Source: Macrostomum lignano (lineage: Eukaryota). From it: DNA of 64,000 bases. Positions 59,066 through 64,000 of this stretch are shown here, piece after piece. The stretch spans positions 1-64,000 of the forward strand of contig NIVC01000940.1 in assembly GCA_002269645.1 (NCBI GenBank), in the 5' to 3' direction. A program made the position numbers and the translations under genes. Under the pieces are notes generated by a model. That model was given only the letters and a program-made list of their open reading frames with translations. It had not been told where the DNA came from and did no database searches. The number at the start of each line of letters is the position of its first letter. The stretch's first letter is position 1.

Positions 59066-60666
59066 TCGAAGGACAGGATGCATCATGTACATCAACTATT
59101 GAATAGCATTGAACTGGGCGATAGTGCAAGCAATTTACAGCTCAGAGCCCGGCAAGTGAAGGCAACGTCATCTGCCTTCAGTTTGTAAAAAACTCCCCTC
59201 AAAAACAAAAACATGCAGGATGCAGTTCCAATTAATGCTGAGGTGCGCAGGGGAAGGGAGCTTCTGTCACCCCCTGGCAGTTTAGATATTTTTTATTTCC
59301 CATCCCTGATAGCTGTTGGCATCGCTTGCCTGCACGGGTTTGCCAGTTTATTGCCCACAGACCCGCAGAGGCAATTCAATTTGCTCAGAGTTAATTAGCA
59401 AGCCTGTTACTAATCGATGCAGTCACTCAATTGTCAGAACGGGGCGGTCGAAAGGCATGCATTAAGCAATCTTCCACAGAATTCTCAGGTCCCTCATACC
59501 CAAATTAGCATTTTCCCAGGCTCAGTAGTTTATCAGTTTTATTGTCCAGCTCAAACTTGGAAAAATTCAGCTATCCATTTAGCGAATTGGCTTAAGTTTA
59601 AATCGGCTGCTTTATGGGCAGCTACCTGCTTCGTATCATTTTTGTGGATTGAGCTGTCACTGATGCCATCAACTGATCATCGTCAATTTGCTGCGTTTTT
59701 TGCGTGAAATGCAGGAGACGATGATGATGCGAGAGAAGAGGATTGCGGGGTCGCACAAGGCAAAGCGCCCTGCTAAGCGAATACCAGAGAGACGCTGCGC
59801 TGCAGGTGGAGAGGAAGAGTCTGGATAAGGACGAGAGGACCAACTGTTTACTGATATCTACGAGCGTATTAAGGAAGCGGTTTTGGTTCAATTCTTTTGA
59901 AAAGCTACATTCATCATCTTAGGCACCAGGGACTCGCAACTCCGCCCCTGCACGCCTTGATAAAACAAAAGGTTTAAGTTTCATACAAAGTTTCCTAACT
60001 CGCCTCCAACATCTGTTCGGTTTTTTATGAGAGGAAAGAATCCCCCTATTTATTAGTAGTAACAGTAATTATGCAAAAATTTGGAAAATTCAAGTTGATA
60101 CAAAATGCCTGAGATTCTGCACTCACCCATATCATTTCTATATATCTTTCCCATCACTAACTTGTCATGCACTCGTGCACGCGCTATAAATTAGAGTACC
60201 AGCTGAGGCACTCTGGCTGCAGTTGTGCCATTGTTGTGCCATTGTGCCATTGTAATGCACCTTGCATGCTCACCCCCTGCAGCTTGAGCAGTTCAGCTGC
60301 AATTATAAAAAGAATTAACTGCACAACAGTTTTGCCGTGTTCACCCGAATGAATGTTGAAATGTTTTTCGGATGGAAACTTTGTGGCTCGCTTTTTATTA
60401 CTCTGTTACTCTGTTCTTTTACTCTCTGTCTGCTAGCAGGCCACGACACAGCCAAGTGATAGGCTTCTCTGAGTGAGCTGGCCAATGAGGGACAGCCGGG
60501 GGGTCATTATTCATAGCTAAGGACTGACTGACCCCAGCAGGAGCGATATAAGCCGGTGACCAAGCTTTCCTGCCATTTTTAATGCAAGCAAGCAACTGCA
60601 TTCGCGTCGCAAAACTAAATTGACTAACTAGCTTCATTGGTTAACTTCTCAGCCGAGTTCTCAGCC

Positions 60667-63600
60667 ATGGGCAGCAGCTCTGGCGCACCGGAAGGACTCA
60701 GCTCGCCCGTGAAGCGGTTCTGCGGCTACACCACCGCCCACGGGCTGGGCCGCTTCTCCGAGCAGTCCAACCTCATCGGCAGGGTGATCTGGGTCTCCTT
60801 CCTGCTCGCCACCTACAGCGGCTTTGCCTACCACCTGTCCACCCTGTTCGAGAGGTTTCTGCAGGCTCCGGTGCTCACTAAAATGACCGTGTCCACTCTA
60901 CAGTTCGAGTTCCCGGATGTGTACATCTGCCCAACTAACGCCGTTACCATGAGCAGGATTTTTAAAAAGCTGCCCCAAAACGAGGTCACCTTTGGCGAGT
61001 TCTTCTTAAAGAAAAGCGTCGAGGAAAAAATCGGAATTTACTCGTTTGATCTCTCCAGCGGACGGTACGATTTGGAGCTGAACGACATGACGAAGGCTTT
61101 GCTGAGCGTTCTGCACAGCATGGAGGAGATCATAATGTCTTACTTTCAGTTTTTCGATATCGGTGAGTCCTCCTGACTGCTGTGAAGACAGCGCGCACTG
61201 TGCAGTCTGGACGAGTTGCTCTTCAAACCATTGCCCTGAACCCAATCCTAAAACGCAATTTCATTTCTTCAGCCGACGCAGCCAAGTGTCGAAGAACGCC
61301 CTCTGGAGAAGAGTACTCCGGGAATGTGAGCTCAGCAGTTGTCTACGGATTCACCACTATGACTGTGACGTCCATCAACACTTCGGCGTTCACGCCCAGT
61401 CCGTACAGAGGCGTCAAGCAGTGCATGAGGTGGAACGATGCAGCTCAAAAACTGCTGAGCCTCGGCGAAAGTGGCCTGGCTAACAGACTGCTGGCGCTGA
61501 ACTTTTCAGACAGCGAGTCCCGGTGCCGCTCGCCGCCTGGGCTGCCTCTGTCTGAGTTCTTTCCTATCGCTAGCCGTGAGTTTCCATCTGTTTGTCCGAT
61601 TTGTTTGTCTCGATCAGGTCACACGGATGGAGATTTCCGGTCCTGCCAACACCACAGGCTCGGTGTTTCGGCACGCCGGCTGCCTTCCCCTTGCGCTGAC
61701 CAACTCGAGTTCGTTCAACTTCACCTGCTACCGGGGCGGCTTGAGCTCGCTCGAAACCTGCGCTGAATGCTGCGGCAGGCGCAGCTTCCAGTACATGGCG
61801 ATCAGCCGCCAGGACTGCTTCTGCGGGAGCAGCATTGGCGGCTACGAGAACAGCAGCAGCGTGTGCAACGCCTCCTGCCTCCACGACAATTCGGCAATCT
61901 GTGGATCGGAAACTGCCGTCACTGTTCTGCAGATTCGGGACAACGGTAGGTGGGATAGTCGGAGAGCGGGTTAGAGATTGGTTGCTACTCAAAAGTAGCT
62001 CAATAAAACCGATAAGTTGACGACCTGGGACAGATTTTTTATGGTCACTTGTATATTGCTGGCAAAATCAGGTCATTCTGCAGACTCGTAACTCGCAGCT
62101 CAAGGCACGCATTCCACTTTGTAGGCAGCAGGCCGTTGCACGTCGCAAACTTCAGCGACCTGGACGCAATCTCCAGCGGGCCCTACTGCTTTTTCGCGGA
62201 TGAGCTGAGCGACAAGCTGAACGCTGCATTCTGCGAAATTCCCTACTGCCGTGAGTTTCCAACATGTTGCCTGACTTTTCCTTTCAAAGACGACTTCGAT
62301 TCGTGAATGAAATACTTGACGTTCCATCGCTCAATCCAGAAATTTCGAGAACCTACGACTGCATCGTGAGCTCCGAGGACAAGCTGACTCAGCAGCAAAG
62401 GCTGTCGCGCTACACCGGACGTCGGAACGTCACCAGCACTGGCCGGCGGTGCATGCCCTGGAGTCAGCTGTCCACAATTGAGCAAGTTCTCAAGGCGCGC
62501 CGCGGTAAGAGCTTCGATTGCATTGCTCACCTGTGCCGCTGGCAAATTTAATTTCGCCTGATCGAACCAGTCAAATTCCAATTTAGGTTCGGAAGTTGGC
62601 TTCATGGACGAAGTGCGGGAAATGCTTATCCAGACTCCGGACAGGCTTGAAGGCGAGAGCGACAATTACTGCCGTCCGGTTAGCGTTGTGGTCGATTCTG
62701 TCAACATCCACGGGCCCAAGGACTTCCAGTAAGCTTCGTATTGCATCGCAAGTAGCGTATGTGTGCTTGTTGCAGCGCTCCAAAATCTTTCCTATTATTT
62801 TTAGGCGGTTTAGCGCCATCGATTCGGAGGTTCCTGTGTGCATTCCGGAAGATTTCTGGGCCAACATTCCGTCCATTACGATAAAATTTGGCTACCTGTT
62901 TAACATGATCTTTCAGACCTGTAATGTGCCACTCTGTTGTGAGTTGCGCCAGTGACAATTGAGCTGGATCTGTTTCTCGGTTATTATTTATTATTATATT
63001 CTAGGCATTGTTTTCAGTGCATTCTGTACCGAATGAATTTCTTTAGACACCGAGGTCCCCAGCGTGACAGCCACAATCAGAGACTCCGTCGGTGAGCACC
63101 TGCTGGCCCGACAGTTCGGCAGCGACCTCAACGCCGGCCTCACCGAGTGCAGCTTCGCTGGCCAGAAGTGCACCAAGGACGACTTTTTGAACGTCGCCCA
63201 CCCGCAGCTGGGCATGTGCCACAAGTTTCTCAAGCAGCGCTTCACCGCCAACATGACCAGCACGCAGTTGGCGGAGAGCCAGCTGTCCATCAAGTACTTC
63301 ACGGACTCGACAGACTCCAAGGGTCAGACGGTGTCCAACATCGACAAGCTGACGCGGGTGGTGCGAGACAGCCGCGGCTCCGATGCGACTCAGGTCGCAT
63401 TCAAGGTGAGTCTTCATCGGTCGCTGGGCGTCTCAGTGTCTCACGCAATCTCTGAGCCTGGCTGCTCAACCGCGAACCCGCAGGCGGTCATCGTCCCGGA
63501 TAGCTCGTTCCCGTGGGCCTCGAACGGCGTCAATGTGGCCACCGCTCAGCGCATGGACGTGCATCTTAGATTCGACAAGTACTCCAGACTGTCCACCTCA

Positions 63601-64000
63601 TCGAGGCCTTGCCTTGAGACTACGGAGCCGATCACCTACCGACTGCCGTCATGGAAGCTGTTTACGTCAAATGAGGACTCTGGGTAAAGAAAGCAAAAAG
63701 TTTTATTTCCTTATCTTTAGTCTGCAATATTGTAAATATCAAAGCTGTTTAAAACTAAAAATTTGCTTCCAGCGTCAACTCGGATGCGCAGGAAATTATG
63801 CGATCTTCCAACTGGACGCTGAAGCTGTCTATGTTGCGCAACGCGCTGCTTAAACTGAACGGCTCAAGGTAAGATTTTGCATAAAACCCTCCTTTTTCGC
63901 GCTTCTCTGCTTCTGGGAATTTCAGCATGTCAAATCGAATTTTGCAATAATTTTAATCTCCATGACTTCAGCGCACTGACAGTCTCGGGTAGTCAGTTCA
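60667..64000 (+). CDS. DEG/ENaC (ASIC-superfamily) channel with kringle-WSC-kringle insert, 3'-incomplete; exons 60667-61162, 61273-61575, 61658-61945, 62125-62250, 62340-62504, 62587-62728, 62805-62938, 63047-63405, 63484-63683, 63773-63868, 63972->64000
   Basis: FCGYTTAHGL (pre-TM1 HG motif), TM1, FPDVYICPTN, then the insert, then GSDLNAGLTECSFAGQKC..DDF...HPQLGMCHKF and palm strands ending RLSTSSRPC. Ten short (76-179 bp) GT-AG introns with consistent phases. Confidence 0.85.

Noticed and set aside
59622-59900. Coding-looking segment between RPL22 and the channel gene
   Set aside because: No frame gives a recognisable domain or consistent splice sites; the plus-strand frames are broken by stops.

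Overview
Eukaryotic (metazoan) genomic DNA with GT-AG introns. GC-rich codon usage, intron-poor genes and minisatellite-filled introns suggest a free-living flatworm such as Macrostomum; this is an inference, not verified. I reconstructed nine host genes with phase-consistent splice junctions: CD2BP2, ERH, a Frizzled-4/9/10-like receptor, PKD2, EFCAB10, TXNDC11, U1-C (SNRPC), RPL22, and a DEG/ENaC channel that runs off the right edge. The most unusual feature is that channel. Its extracellular finger region carries a ~386-aa insert of two kringle-like domains, and a WSC domain sits as one symmetric phase-1 exon inside the first kringle. Mobile elements: a Penelope-like element with a minimal hammerhead ribozyme, an inverted terminal copy and a TSD in PKD2 intron 4; a 5.0-kb hAT-like element with atypical CCC termini in TXNDC11 intron 1; an RNase H-bearing LINE fragment with TSD; two tRNA/CORE-like SINEs; several MITEs; a decayed gag. 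More than 25 unrelated tandem arrays fill introns and spacers and explain most of the long repetitive ORFs in the ORF track. Repeat boundaries are approximate.
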